A stretch of DNA of 53,359 bases from an uncultured Bdellovibrionales bacterium (GCA_964597355.1 CAZQWS010000006.1:1-53359); one strand, 5' to 3'. Counted from the stretch's first letter, positions 8,718 to 18,216 are shown. The notes: a model not told the origin generated them from the letters alone. Made by a program: numbers and translations.

Positions 8718-9557
8718 ATGCAAGATACACGAGAAAATAAGCAGCAAGGCCGCATTCTTCTCATTGGATTCATGCTTATTCTTGGAGTAGTGGCATGGTA
8801 TTTTGGGCGCTACTGGTACACCAACTGGCAAGAAGAAAAGGCTGCCGCTAAAGCCGCGATTGAAGCATCAACGGATGTAGCTCTCACAGAATTACGTTTC
8901 CTCACTCCCAAGGATGTCCTGGATCGACTGGAGCGCGATGAAAACATGCTCCTTATTGATATTCGCCAAAAAGAAGATTTTGACATCGAACATATCATTG
9001 ATTCTCTTTCGATACCAGTTACCACTATCAACTCATTCTCCTCTCTCCAGGGACAACTCATCATTATTATTACTGGATCTGAAATTCCAAATGAAACACT
9101 CAAGGGTATCCATGGACTCTTTACTGAGCGTAGATATACCTTTGCCTTCCTTGAAGGCACGCTCAATGAATGGAAGGCGGCTGGCGGTACTACTATCTCT
9201 ACTGGCGACCCTACTTCGATCTTTGACTACTCGAAAGTAATCTTTATCCCTCCAGATCAAGTTAGCACCACAGCCATTGAACTAAGTGATCCGCTTTTTC
9301 TTGATGTGCGTAGCGTAGATGCATTTAAGAAGGAACACATACCTGGAGCTATCAATATTCCCCTCTCTGACCTTGAGCGACGACGGACAGAAATTTCTCT
9401 GGGTAAATCAGTGTTTATTTATGGCGAAAATGATTACGAAAGCTACCAGGGAGGGGTACGTCTTTTCGACCTTAACATCTTCGGCGCGCGTGTCATTCGG
9501 GGTGGTTTTGTTGCTTGGAAAGAAAAACAACTACCCATCACTACTGGGACGCGATAA
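8718..9557 (+). CDS. Membrane-anchored tandem rhodanese-homology protein with no catalytic Cys
   Basis: N-terminal TM; two repeats LIDIR..F..EHIIDS and FLDVR..F..EHIPGAINIP; GG..AW ends; no Cys in the protein. Confidence 0.8.
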   Translation: MQDTRENKQQGRILLIGFMLILGVVAWYFGRYWYTNWQEEKAAAKAAIEASTDVALTELRFLTPKDVLDRLERDENMLLIDIRQKEDFDIEHIIDSLSIPVTTINSFSSLQGQLIIIITGSEIPNETLKGIHGLFTERRYTFAFLEGTLNEWKAAGGTTISTGDPTSIFDYSKVIFIPPDQVSTTAIELSDPLFLDVRSVDAFKKEHIPGAINIPLSDLERRRTEISLGKSVFIYGENDYESYQGGVRLFDLNIFGARVIRGGFVAWKEKQLPITTGTR

Positions 9558-9588
9558 GAAAAAACAGCCTACTACGGGCTGTTTTTTC
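9558..9588. terminator. Bidirectional intrinsic terminator between the rhodanese gene and groES
   Basis: GAAAAAACAGCC...GGCTGTTTTTTC hairpin with A/T tracts on both sides. Confidence 0.85.
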
Positions 9589-9608
9589 TTTCTATCCAAA
9601 AAACTTGT

Positions 9609-9890
9609 CTAAAGCTCTATCACCGCCAAAATATCTTTGTGGTTTACGAGAATGTATGGTTCACCAGCAACTTCGATTTCTTCACTTGACCCATAACGCT
9701 TAAAGATCACTCTCTCACCTTTTTTCACTGCGATATCTTTGCTCGTGCCAAGAGCCATCACCTTTCCCTCCTGTCGACGTTCATCGGTAGCGTTTTCTGG
9801 AAGATAAATACCCGTAGCGGTTTTCTTTTCGGGCTTCATCGGTTGAATAAGCACGTTTTCTCCTAAGGGGCGAATAGTAGTTTTGACCAT
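9609..9890 (-). CDS. groES: Co-chaperonin GroES
   Basis: IRPLGENVLI, mobile loop KTATGIYLP, VKKGERVIF, DILAV; 93 aa. Confidence 0.95.
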   Translation of the reverse strand: MVKTTIRPLGENVLIQPMKPEKKTATGIYLPENATDERRQEGKVMALGTSKDIAVKKGERVIFKRYGSSEEIEVAGEPYILVNHKDILAVIEL

Positions 9891-9940
9891 ATAGTTAGTA
9901 CTCTTTGTGGTTTACTTGTACTACCCAGTTTATCGCCTGA

Positions 9941-9967
9941 TTAGCAATCATGTCAAGAGAGTGCTAA
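9941..9967. promoter_or_regulatory. CIRCE element (HrcA operator) overlapping the -35 of the groES promoter
   Basis: TTAGCAATC-N9-GAGTGCTAA, one mismatch to TTAGCACTC-N9-GAGTGCTAA. TTGACA on the minus strand at 9956-9951 lies inside the spacer; TAAACT is 18 nt downstream. Confidence 0.88.
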
Positions 9968-9973
9968 CCCGTA

Positions 9974-10315
9974 TCAATGGAGTTGTGAACGATACAATAC
10001 AGAGAGCTCTTCAACGGCCCGACGCGGATCTCGGTCAAAAAGGTCGAGATAATATTGCTTACGACTTACCGTGTTTGGTTTTGATGGAAATTCCAAAACA
10101 TTTTCACGAAACCATTGGCCAAGTTCAAACACGGTGTCTATAGCAGCTTCCTCCTTTTCCCCTTCTCCAAATTGTTCAGGCAGAGACTCACATATTCTAT
10201 CAGCCCACGCTTTCTGGAGAACGGTTGAACGAAAACGTTCTTGGTCTTCTGGTGATTCTCCAGCAAGTTGCTTCCGGACATCACGATACTGGGCAATGGT
10301 TTGTTCGAACCCCAT
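9974..10315 (-). CDS. Hypothetical protein (113 aa, charged, probably helical)
   Basis: ATG 6 nt after the S41 stop; fills the gap before the groES promoter; no recognised motif. Confidence 0.6.
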   Translation of the reverse strand: MGFEQTIAQYRDVRKQLAGESPEDQERFRSTVLQKAWADRICESLPEQFGEGEKEEAAIDTVFELGQWFRENVLEFPSKPNTVSRKQYYLDLFDRDPRRAVEELSVLYRSQLH

Positions 10316-10321
10316 ACTGAT

Positions 10322-11611
10322 TTACTTTATAATTTTACGTGCCTCTTCAATAGCCCGATCTAGCTGATTATCTCTCTCTAGATCATTTTCATCTCGTTCC
10401 AGTGATATTTCTACATCAGGGGCGATACCGATATTATTGATCGCTTCTCCGTTGGGAGTAAGCCAGTGAGCCACCGTAATTTTAACTGACGTGTCGCGCG
10501 AGACGGGTACAAGCTCTTGTACCGATCCCTTGCCGAAGGATTTCTTGCCCACCAACACCACCTGCTCCCGATTGTCTCGAATGGCCCCAGCGAGAATTTC
10601 TGAAGCGCTGGCACTCCCTTCATTGATAAGGATACTGACCGGCAGATGACTGAGTTTGCCTCTACCTGGAACGGTACGTAATTCCTTGCGCTCTTTTTCG
10701 GCGTTTTCTTCAATAACCGCTACCTGATTCCCTGAAAGAAAATGTCCGGCAATATCTACTGCGGTTCCCAAAAAACCACCGGGGTTATTGCGTAGATCAA
10801 GCACGACAGCTTGGGCACTATTTTTTAGTATCTGATCGGCTACGGCCAAAAACTCTTCACTGGTATCGTCGCCAAAACGAGCTAGCCGTACCACGGCTAT
10901 TCCATCGCGCATCTCGAGTTTGATACTCTTTACGACAATGGTATCACGTTCCACGGCGATATCACGAATTTCCTCTTCTCCCGAACGAAAGATAGAGAGC
11001 GTAACCTCGGTTCCCTTTGGACCTCGAATCCGATCCACGGCTTCCTCGATACTCAGGTTAGTGGTGGGTTCACCATTAATCTTGAGCACTTTGTCTCCGG
11101 CCAAAATCCCCGCCCGCACCGCTGGTGAATCATCGAGCGGCGCAATCACGGTTAACACCTCGTTCTTAATACCCATCTCTGCTCCAATTCCTTCAAAACT
11201 ACCCGCCAAATCCTCCTTAAACTCACGGTTTTCTTTGGGACTGAAGAAGGTGGTATAGGGATCGCCAGTAGCCGCCAACATCCCATCAATAGCACCATAA
11301 AAAAGTTCTTTAGCATCCAGTTCATTGCGACCCAGGTATTTTTCCTTCAGGAGATCCCATACCCGCCAGAAGAGCGAGAAATCAATCGCCTGATCACTCT
11401 GCGCGGCTGTATTGAGAAAGATAGCTTCCCCAGGAGCGACACGGGTCTCAGTCATGACAGCTCCATACTGCCCTTTTTGGTAGCCGGCATAAAAAACAAA
11501 CAACAGTAATCCGATCAGACTTCCGACAAGAATGGATTTTTTAGCGCGAGAAGATTGACCAATTGAGGTCGAGATGATCGTGGTAGGCGTTTCAGGATTC
11601 ACTGATTCCAT
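10322..11611 (-). CDS. S41 family carboxy-terminal processing protease (CtpA-like, PDZ)
   Basis: N-terminal TM, FEGIGAE, PDZ (GILAGDKV), DLRNNPGG, catalytic ASASEI and FGKGSVQ. Start moved to ATG 11611. Confidence 0.95.
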   Translation of the reverse strand: MESVNPETPTTIISTSIGQSSRAKKSILVGSLIGLLLFVFYAGYQKGQYGAVMTETRVAPGEAIFLNTAAQSDQAIDFSLFWRVWDLLKEKYLGRNELDAKELFYGAIDGMLAATGDPYTTFFSPKENREFKEDLAGSFEGIGAEMGIKNEVLTVIAPLDDSPAVRAGILAGDKVLKINGEPTTNLSIEEAVDRIRGPKGTEVTLSIFRSGEEEIRDIAVERDTIVVKSIKLEMRDGIAVVRLARFGDDTSEEFLAVADQILKNSAQAVVLDLRNNPGGFLGTAVDIAGHFLSGNQVAVIEENAEKERKELRTVPGRGKLSHLPVSILINEGSASASEILAGAIRDNREQVVLVGKKSFGKGSVQELVPVSRDTSVKITVAHWLTPNGEAINNIGIAPDVEISLERDENDLERDNQLDRAIEEARKIIK

Positions 11612-11618
11612 AATAAAG

Positions 11619-12440
11619 TTAATGATGCGGGAGAGTTTTACCCCGATATTTAATAAAATATTTGAGAGCACTCTGGATATGATACCAAGTCAAACGATTC
11701 ATGAGAAGCGAAAGGAAGAATCCGCCCTTGGCACTTCCTTTAGCATGATAGTGGTACACTACGGATTCCGGGTAGTAGACCACTTGGAGTCCAACCTCCC
11801 AAAAACGCCGACACCAATCCACATCCTCCATATACATAAAGAAGCGGTTATCCATCGGCCCAATCATTTGAGCCTGCTCGCGTCGAAAAAATATAGCTGA
11901 ACCAATCACCCAGTCTACCGCGAGCGGTACTGAAAGATCCTGATCAGCCAGGGTAAACCAGCGCAAATGTTTCTTCCCAAACGGAAGCTTGCCCAAAAAT
12001 GTACGCCGATAGAGAATGGTCTCTGGCCGATAGAAGCGGTAACAGCTTTCCTGAACGCCTCCGTTGAAGTTGAGTTGTTTTGGTCCAATAAGGCCGATTT
12101 CTGGATGAGTTTCGGCGTAAGCAAGGAGTTTCTCGATACTCTCTTTTTGGACTATGATATCCGCGTTGATACAAAAAATATAGTCACCTTTGGCTTCTTG
12201 GACGGAGCGATTGATAAGTCGGCCAAATCCAACGTTTTCAGCACTGGGAAAAAAACGTACTTCCGAAAACTCTTCTCGAAGGAGCATTGCTGTCGCTTCT
12301 TCAGTGGCGCTATCTACCACGAGAATTTCGTAAGAAAATGAGGCGGATTGAAGATGTTCTCGCAGTGCTTGAAGAGACAAACGGAGTAGTTTGGGACTTT
12401 TGAAACTATTGATGGCAACAGTGACTCGAGGACGAGACAT
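11619..12440 (-). CDS. GT2 glycosyltransferase (WbbL/rhamnosyltransferase-like)
   Basis: VVDSAT, NVGFG, INADI (DxD-like), FFMYMEDVDWCRR. Confidence 0.9.
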   Translation of the reverse strand: MSRPRVTVAINSFKSPKLLRLSLQALREHLQSASFSYEILVVDSATEEATAMLLREEFSEVRFFPSAENVGFGRLINRSVQEAKGDYIFCINADIIVQKESIEKLLAYAETHPEIGLIGPKQLNFNGGVQESCYRFYRPETILYRRTFLGKLPFGKKHLRWFTLADQDLSVPLAVDWVIGSAIFFRREQAQMIGPMDNRFFMYMEDVDWCRRFWEVGLQVVYYPESVVYHYHAKGSAKGGFFLSLLMNRLTWYHIQSALKYFIKYRGKTLPHH

Positions 12441-12478
12441 GGGTCACAAAAAAGCTAAGGAAGGATTTAAGAGAATTG

Positions 12479-13672
12479 CTACGGCAAACTCTGGAAGAGA
12501 GCATGGATACGGTCGTAGTTATCGCCACGAGGGAGCAGGATATAACCAGCCTCTTTGGTCTCAGTCGGAGCATACAAGAGTCCTTCTTCGGAATTCTCTA
12601 ATACCTTGTGAGTGATACTAGCCTCGCTATTCTGCTGGTATAACTCAAAGAAACGCTTCATCTCCCATGTTTCCAAATTGACTAATACATTGTCTCCGAG
12701 ACTATCCAAAAGTCCATTGATCTTTCCGAAATCTGTGAACGTACCGATCGAGAGTGCCTTAGCTTTGAGCGCATCAATTATAATCTGCTGACGTTTCGCT
12801 CGGTCGAAGTCACTTGAAGTGTAGCGGGCACGAGCATAACAAAGAGCTTTTTCTCCATCAAGTTTATTCTCGCCAGCCGGCAATTTGAAATTACCTCCGC
12901 ACTCAAGTTTAGCCGGGTCAATCTTGGCATAACAAAGCGTATAGCGCTTAGGATTTGTATAATAGGTGCCGTTCTTACGCTGGATACGCTTTACCTCATA
13001 ATTCCCTGAAGGAATCGTGTACATGATACCGTCACAACGTTGCTCCGTCCCCAAAAACTGGACGCTTTCTAGAAAGGGTTCAGTCAGAGTAATTGTGATC
13101 CCTCCAATGGCATCTACAAGATCTTTAAAACCTTCAAAGTTGATGACTGCGCCATAGGGAATATCGAGGCCAGTTACCTCACCAACAATTTGGCGCATAT
13201 CCTTCAATCCCTCTCCTCGACCCCGTTCTTCACCAAGAGCATATACGGCATTGATCTTGCGTTGTTCATTACGGCCTGGCACTTTAACATAGAGATCGCG
13301 TGGGATAGAAACTATCGAAGCTTTGGAGGTATCATTGGGGTCCTCTTCATTTTTTGAGTGAAGCGAAACCACCATGATAGTATCGGCCAAAAGCCCACCA
13401 CCGATGACTCCTTCCCCACGCATACCCAGTAACAAAACATTAACCCTCCCTTCTTTTTCACCCTTGAGTTCATCCTTGGCTCCAGGCAGTGTCTTGGTAA
13501 GATTTTCAAAAAGCCCTCCCTCCCCCAAAGAAATTTTATTAAAAACAAAACCAGCCTTTACAAAGAAGGCTACCCCAGCAATAAGTACTAACACACTAAA
13601 AAAAGCTAGGATACGCCAAAAGCGCTTCCGATTGATGTATGTTTCGGGAGTCAATGAGGATTGGGTAAACAT
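12479..13672 (-). CDS. LCP (LytR-CpsA-Psr) family phosphotransferase with a Cys-containing insertion
   Basis: N-terminal TM, NVLLLG, LADTIM, SIPRDLYV, KINAVY, GFKDLVDAIGG, ALCYARAR, DFDRAKRQQ. Start taken at ATG 13672. Confidence 0.93.
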   Translation of the reverse strand: MFTQSSLTPETYINRKRFWRILAFFSVLVLIAGVAFFVKAGFVFNKISLGEGGLFENLTKTLPGAKDELKGEKEGRVNVLLLGMRGEGVIGGGLLADTIMVVSLHSKNEEDPNDTSKASIVSIPRDLYVKVPGRNEQRKINAVYALGEERGRGEGLKDMRQIVGEVTGLDIPYGAVINFEGFKDLVDAIGGITITLTEPFLESVQFLGTEQRCDGIMYTIPSGNYEVKRIQRKNGTYYTNPKRYTLCYAKIDPAKLECGGNFKLPAGENKLDGEKALCYARARYTSSDFDRAKRQQIIIDALKAKALSIGTFTDFGKINGLLDSLGDNVLVNLETWEMKRFFELYQQNSEASITHKVLENSEEGLLYAPTETKEAGYILLPRGDNYDRIHALFQSLP

Positions 13673-13696
13673 GAGCAAAAGTACAGTGGATAAAAA

Positions 13697-14848
13697 TTAA
13701 GGGAGGAGTGTCCGATAGATAGTAAGCAAATTCTTGGCACTTTTCTCCCAAGAAAAAAGCTGGAGACGTTCTTTTCCGGCCTGGATAAGCTGCTGAGCTA
13801 CATCCTTCTCAACAAGAAGACTATACAAGGTTTTTTTCATTTCAGCAAGGCTCGTGGGATCAAAGGCAAGAAAGGCATCGCCTCCTACTTCCTCAAAAGG
13901 TGGGATGCGCGAGGCGAGGACAGGAGTGTCAGAGGCGAAGGCTTCAAGTAAGGGAATTCCAAAACCCTCATAAAGAGAAGGGAAGGCGAAAACATGTGCT
14001 CCAGCCACCAATGCCCGCAGGGTGGGGACATCAACATAGCCAGGAAAGATAATTCGTTTGTTTATGGCCTCGTCAGAGAGACGTATATCTACGTGGTAAC
14101 CGAAACGATTGCCTGTCAGCACCAATCCTACCTCTCGGAGTTCCTCGGGTCGTTCTACCCAAGCCTGAATGAGAAGCGGGATATTTTTTCTTGGCTGCAT
14201 TGTCCCTGAAGCGATGATATAGTGTTTGGGCAACTGGAACATTTGTCGAATCGCATCCATATCTCTTTCGGCAACTGGAACAAGCCAATCTTTTGCTACA
14301 GCGTTGGAAACGACGGCTATTTTGCCAGATGCATACGGATAGTAACGTTCGATTTCCAACCGTGTAAACTGTGACGGAGCGATGATGACATCAGAACGCC
14401 GGAGTGAGCGAGGAATAAGGAGACTAAGAAAAAAACGATCCCTCAGCGCAATCCACTTAGGATAAGCGGCAAATGAGACATCATGGATATGCGTCACGAG
14501 CTTTGTCTTGCGTGGAAGAACAAGCGGAGCAATGTACTGGGTATGGTAGATATCGACTGGATGGCAACTAAGTTCCCATGGCAATACCAGCATATTCCAG
14601 ACAAAGCGATTCTTCCCTTGAGGAAGTGAAACGACTACCACATCTTTTCGACCGACACATTCAAGTTTGATCCGAAGTCCTTCTAGTTTCTGTGGATTCG
14701 ATTCATGTGTAAGTAATCGAAAAGAAAATTGGCCGCGCCCCTCTTGAAGCAGTGCCCGCGTAAGATTTAAAAATACTACTTCATCACCGGTACGTTCTTG
14801 GCCAATAAGCCGGATATCGATACCTACAAGAGGGAGGTTTGAAATCAT
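13697..14848 (-). CDS. GT4 glycosyltransferase
   Basis: VGIDIR, THIHDV, PRKN, FPSLYEGFGIPLLEA (EX7E). Start moved to ATG 14848. Confidence 0.93.
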   Translation of the reverse strand: MISNLPLVGIDIRLIGQERTGDEVVFLNLTRALLQEGRGQFSFRLLTHESNPQKLEGLRIKLECVGRKDVVVVSLPQGKNRFVWNMLVLPWELSCHPVDIYHTQYIAPLVLPRKTKLVTHIHDVSFAAYPKWIALRDRFFLSLLIPRSLRRSDVIIAPSQFTRLEIERYYPYASGKIAVVSNAVAKDWLVPVAERDMDAIRQMFQLPKHYIIASGTMQPRKNIPLLIQAWVERPEELREVGLVLTGNRFGYHVDIRLSDEAINKRIIFPGYVDVPTLRALVAGAHVFAFPSLYEGFGIPLLEAFASDTPVLASRIPPFEEVGGDAFLAFDPTSLAEMKKTLYSLLVEKDVAQQLIQAGKERLQLFSWEKSAKNLLTIYRTLLP

Positions 14849-14850
14849 AT

Positions 14851-16431
14851 TTATGCGATATTTTCTGAACGCGAAGGAAAGAGCAACGGGAAGAGAGCAA
14901 ACCACACCCATACGAAACCGAGCAGTAATCCAGTATTAAACAGATTAAAGACCAGGAATCCAGCCAAAATTGCTAAAAGTGGCGCAGCGAATGGCGACAC
15001 GACCGCTCTCTTCCACATCCTGTAACTCATAAAGAGTACTCCACCAACAAACATTATAAAGGCCATAAGAGCAACAATCCCGCCCCCGAGCCAGAGTTCC
15101 AAGAAAAGGTTACTCGCGTTGTAACTTGCTCCCCGTTCGTCTAGCCCAAGCTTGGGGCCGATGTTTCCCCAACCAATCCCAACCACTGGATGATCTTTGA
15201 TTTCCCCCAAAGAAGTTTCATAAATTGCTTTGCGAATATTGACATTAGGATCGGGGCGTTTGGTCGTTGTGACTATCTTTCCTTCAGCTAAGCGAGCTTC
15301 CTTTTCCTCAAGTAAGATATGCTGACATCCGTACTGAGATAATGTTTCTCCGGTCTCAATATATTGCGGAGGAGTCATCGTACCATCGCAAACGATAGTG
15401 ATGGTTTGATACTGTGACGCTACGCTTCCCGCGCGATCGATAAGGGCAAAGCGTGTAAGCGGAACTGTTTCTACCAGTACCAATGCGACGCCAAAAACAA
15501 CAATGAGGCACTCAATCGAAAGCAAAGCTGGCCGAAAAGCAAAGCCCTTATTTTTTTCATAGAATACCAGGACTAAAAAGCTTCCAAGTAACACCACCGC
15601 TCCGATCCAAGCACTACGACTTACCGTAATGATAAGCGTTGTAAAGATAAGTAGGAGAAAAGACAAGGGAAGCAGAAGCGCCTTTAATGAGAATCTATCT
15701 GTCAGCCGTTCTTTCAGCCACCAGAGTGCCGGTGCCAAAACGAAAAGACAGAATAATCCAAGCCAATCAGGTTCGATGAGTGTCCCATTGGGGCGGCCTG
15801 GCATAATAGAGAAATGACCGTAACCAAGAAAGAAAAGTATATTCTGACTGATACCCCACAAAAGCACTAGACTCGCCGAGAGTAAGAAGAAAAAAAGAGC
15901 TTGTTTGACGTCTTGCCACTGACGTAAGAAAAGACGACTCAAAAAATAAAGGAACAGAAAGGAGCCGACGACTACCGTTTGTTTGAGCGCGACACTTTGT
16001 CCGACAATACCAGCGAATACGATGCCACTAAAAAGTATCACGAAGATCGTATCAACCATATGCCAACGGAAGAACGGCTGGACTAGTCGCCCCGTAACAA
16101 ACCGAATGCCGATGGCTATGCCCAAGAAACCTCCAACCCATTGGTATGGTCGTAAGTCAAAACCAAAATCCACCGGTGTCACTGAAACAATCTCCAACGG
16201 CAGGATGGCCACAAAGAAAAGAAACATCCAACTCGGTCGAGCAAGGCAGGCCAGAAAAAGAAGCAGGGAATAAAATAGAAAGTATTCTACAGAAAGCGGC
16301 AGAACACCAATATAAAAAAGTATTGTTAACACTATCGCTGCCAGCATTGAGCCAAAAAGGAAGGTATTGCGCGCAGAAAAACACCGTTCGATAATTAACG
16401 AGATATTCTCAAATACTGATTGAAACTGCAT
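14851..16431 (-). CDS. O-antigen ligase/polymerase-like membrane protein (Wzy_C/WaaL family)
   Basis: ~12 TM, RPNGTLIEPDWLG, TVSRSAW, R..IY, HPVVGIGWGN, ASNLFLELW. Confidence 0.85.
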   Translation of the reverse strand: MQFQSVFENISLIIERCFSARNTFLFGSMLAAIVLTILFYIGVLPLSVEYFLFYSLLLFLACLARPSWMFLFFVAILPLEIVSVTPVDFGFDLRPYQWVGGFLGIAIGIRFVTGRLVQPFFRWHMVDTIFVILFSGIVFAGIVGQSVALKQTVVVGSFLFLYFLSRLFLRQWQDVKQALFFFLLSASLVLLWGISQNILFFLGYGHFSIMPGRPNGTLIEPDWLGLFCLFVLAPALWWLKERLTDRFSLKALLLPLSFLLLIFTTLIITVSRSAWIGAVVLLGSFLVLVFYEKNKGFAFRPALLSIECLIVVFGVALVLVETVPLTRFALIDRAGSVASQYQTITIVCDGTMTPPQYIETGETLSQYGCQHILLEEKEARLAEGKIVTTTKRPDPNVNIRKAIYETSLGEIKDHPVVGIGWGNIGPKLGLDERGASYNASNLFLELWLGGGIVALMAFIMFVGGVLFMSYRMWKRAVVSPFAAPLLAILAGFLVFNLFNTGLLLGFVWVWFALFPLLFPSRSENIA

Positions 16432-16449
16432 AGCAAAAAGACTTACTCT

Positions 16450-17610
16450 TTATTGTATCAAAGCTTGGCATACTCTCTCGGCAAAAGCCTCCCACAAATA
16501 GTTTTTGGCCCGCGCTAAACCGCGTGTCTTGAGAATCACACTAAGTTCCGGCTGAATAAGCAGTTTCTGGATATATTCCTTCAACTCTCCTTCGCTGTAA
16601 GTCGTGTTTTTGATCACCAAGGCCTCTCCTTGACTAGTGAGCTCAGCGAGTGATCCGGCTCTAGTGGTAATAACCGGCGTTTCAGAAGCAAAGGCTTCGA
16701 GTACTGGCAAACCAAACCCTTCATAGCGCGAAGGGAAGACAAACATCCTCGCCCCTTGGTAGAGAAACGGAAGATCGGCTTCTGGCACCAATCCCAACAA
16801 TCTCACATGCCCTTCCAAGCCTAGTTCTCGAATCAACCTCTGCACTGGTGTCGCCAGCGGATTGGTTTCAGCGTGAACTTTGCCCGAAATCACGAGTGGT
16901 GGAAGAGATGAAAAGTTTTCTCCAACCAGCATTGCATAAGTCCGAAGCACTGCCTCGGTATTCTTCCGAACCTCAAGTCCACCACCATGATACAGGTATC
17001 CAGGGACAAGATTATAGCGCTTCAAATGTTGCTCAAGCGTTGCCACATCTACTCGTTTAAAAAAACGCTTATCCACCCCGAGAGGCGCGACAGTAATGTT
17101 CACTTCAGAAATATTGAGCAGTCTCACAATATCCTGTTTCGTTGTTTCGGAAGGAGTGAGAACGTGCACAACCTGAGAAATCGCTTTTTCTATCTGGCGG
17201 TAATGCAACCGACTGATCCACTTATTGAGATATTCCGGAAACAACTTTGGAATCATGTCATGGACGAGCATTACATGCCGAATAATTTTTGACCGAGAAA
17301 ATACAGTCGCGCTTTGGTAGAGGCTCAGAAACACATCACAACCGTCGTGAACCGCTTCTTGAGCTAATTGCTTTTCCCACAGCCACTGACGGATCACATC
17401 ATCCCGTTTCCACCACGGTAAAAAAACTTTCATTTTGAAATTATCTGGGAGCCTGAAGTCAAGTTTCGGCTCCTCTTGGCAATAGAGAGTAAATATAAGT
17501 TTTACATCATTACTTTGAGATCGCACTAATTCTTTCAGGAAATTGGTGGTGACTTGCCCGATCCCCGTCATCGGTTTCGCGAGAAAACTTGCATTGATGC
17601 CTATGTGCAT
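16450..17610 (-). CDS. GT4 glycosyltransferase
   Basis: IGINAS, LVHDMIP, RKN, FPSRYEGFGLPVLEA. Confidence 0.93.
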   Translation of the reverse strand: MHIGINASFLAKPMTGIGQVTTNFLKELVRSQSNDVKLIFTLYCQEEPKLDFRLPDNFKMKVFLPWWKRDDVIRQWLWEKQLAQEAVHDGCDVFLSLYQSATVFSRSKIIRHVMLVHDMIPKLFPEYLNKWISRLHYRQIEKAISQVVHVLTPSETTKQDIVRLLNISEVNITVAPLGVDKRFFKRVDVATLEQHLKRYNLVPGYLYHGGGLEVRKNTEAVLRTYAMLVGENFSSLPPLVISGKVHAETNPLATPVQRLIRELGLEGHVRLLGLVPEADLPFLYQGARMFVFPSRYEGFGLPVLEAFASETPVITTRAGSLAELTSQGEALVIKNTTYSEGELKEYIQKLLIQPELSVILKTRGLARAKNYLWEAFAERVCQALIQ

Positions 17611-17619
17611 AGGATGTAG

Positions 17620-18216
17620 TTACGATGATATTCCAATAGTTTCTAACACTGCTTTAGTCATCTGATCCAATTCCGTCGCCAATGGATGCTTGAGCTTCTC
17701 CTGAATCACTTTGTTCTGTTCCTCTACCGACCAAATATACTCTGCCTTGCTCCGACCATAGGTTTTCCAAAAATCATCGCCATACTTTGGATAGTCATCC
17801 AGGAACGACCGGATATTGCAGATCTTGTCAGCCGCCGCGATCATGAGCGCTCCTTCCGAATCATCTGCAAGCCGACGCAGATATTCTTCTTTGATAGCGC
17901 GCCAGCGACTAGACCGAGTCAAATGGAATCCTGTCACTCGTATCGAACGGTCCTCCGTCACTTCTTTGACCAGTCGTGTCACTTCTTTCCCGAACTCAAC
18001 TTCAATTGTGTCTGGCGTCATTCCCTTCACATCCTCAAGGACATCATGGAGAAGCCCTGCAATCACGACGTCCTCACTGTCCGTAAAGTGCGCCAAAAGA
18101 AAGCCTACCGCGTATGGATGGACGAAGTATGGGAGACCGCTCACTCGTCGTTTTTGCTCACCGTGCCATTCGGCTCCCCGCTCGATGGCCCGCCAAATTC
18201 GATCACTAAGAAACAT
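17620..18216 (-). CDS. HD-domain hydrolase, RelA/SpoT-hydrolase (Mesh1/small alarmone hydrolase)-like
   Basis: GLPYFVHP, AGLLHDVLED, EVTED, AADKICN; extended -10 TGCTACAAT 7 nt before the ATG. Confidence 0.88.
   Translation of the reverse strand: MFLSDRIWRAIERGAEWHGEQKRRVSGLPYFVHPYAVGFLLAHFTDSEDVVIAGLLHDVLEDVKGMTPDTIEVEFGKEVTRLVKEVTEDRSIRVTGFHLTRSSRWRAIKEEYLRRLADDSEGALMIAAADKICNIRSFLDDYPKYGDDFWKTYGRSKAEYIWSVEEQNKVIQEKLKHPLATELDQMTKAVLETIGISS

Noticed and set aside
9895-9903. Second CIRCE (TTAGTACTC) near the groES start
   Set aside because: Half-site only; no inverted partner at 9-nt spacing.
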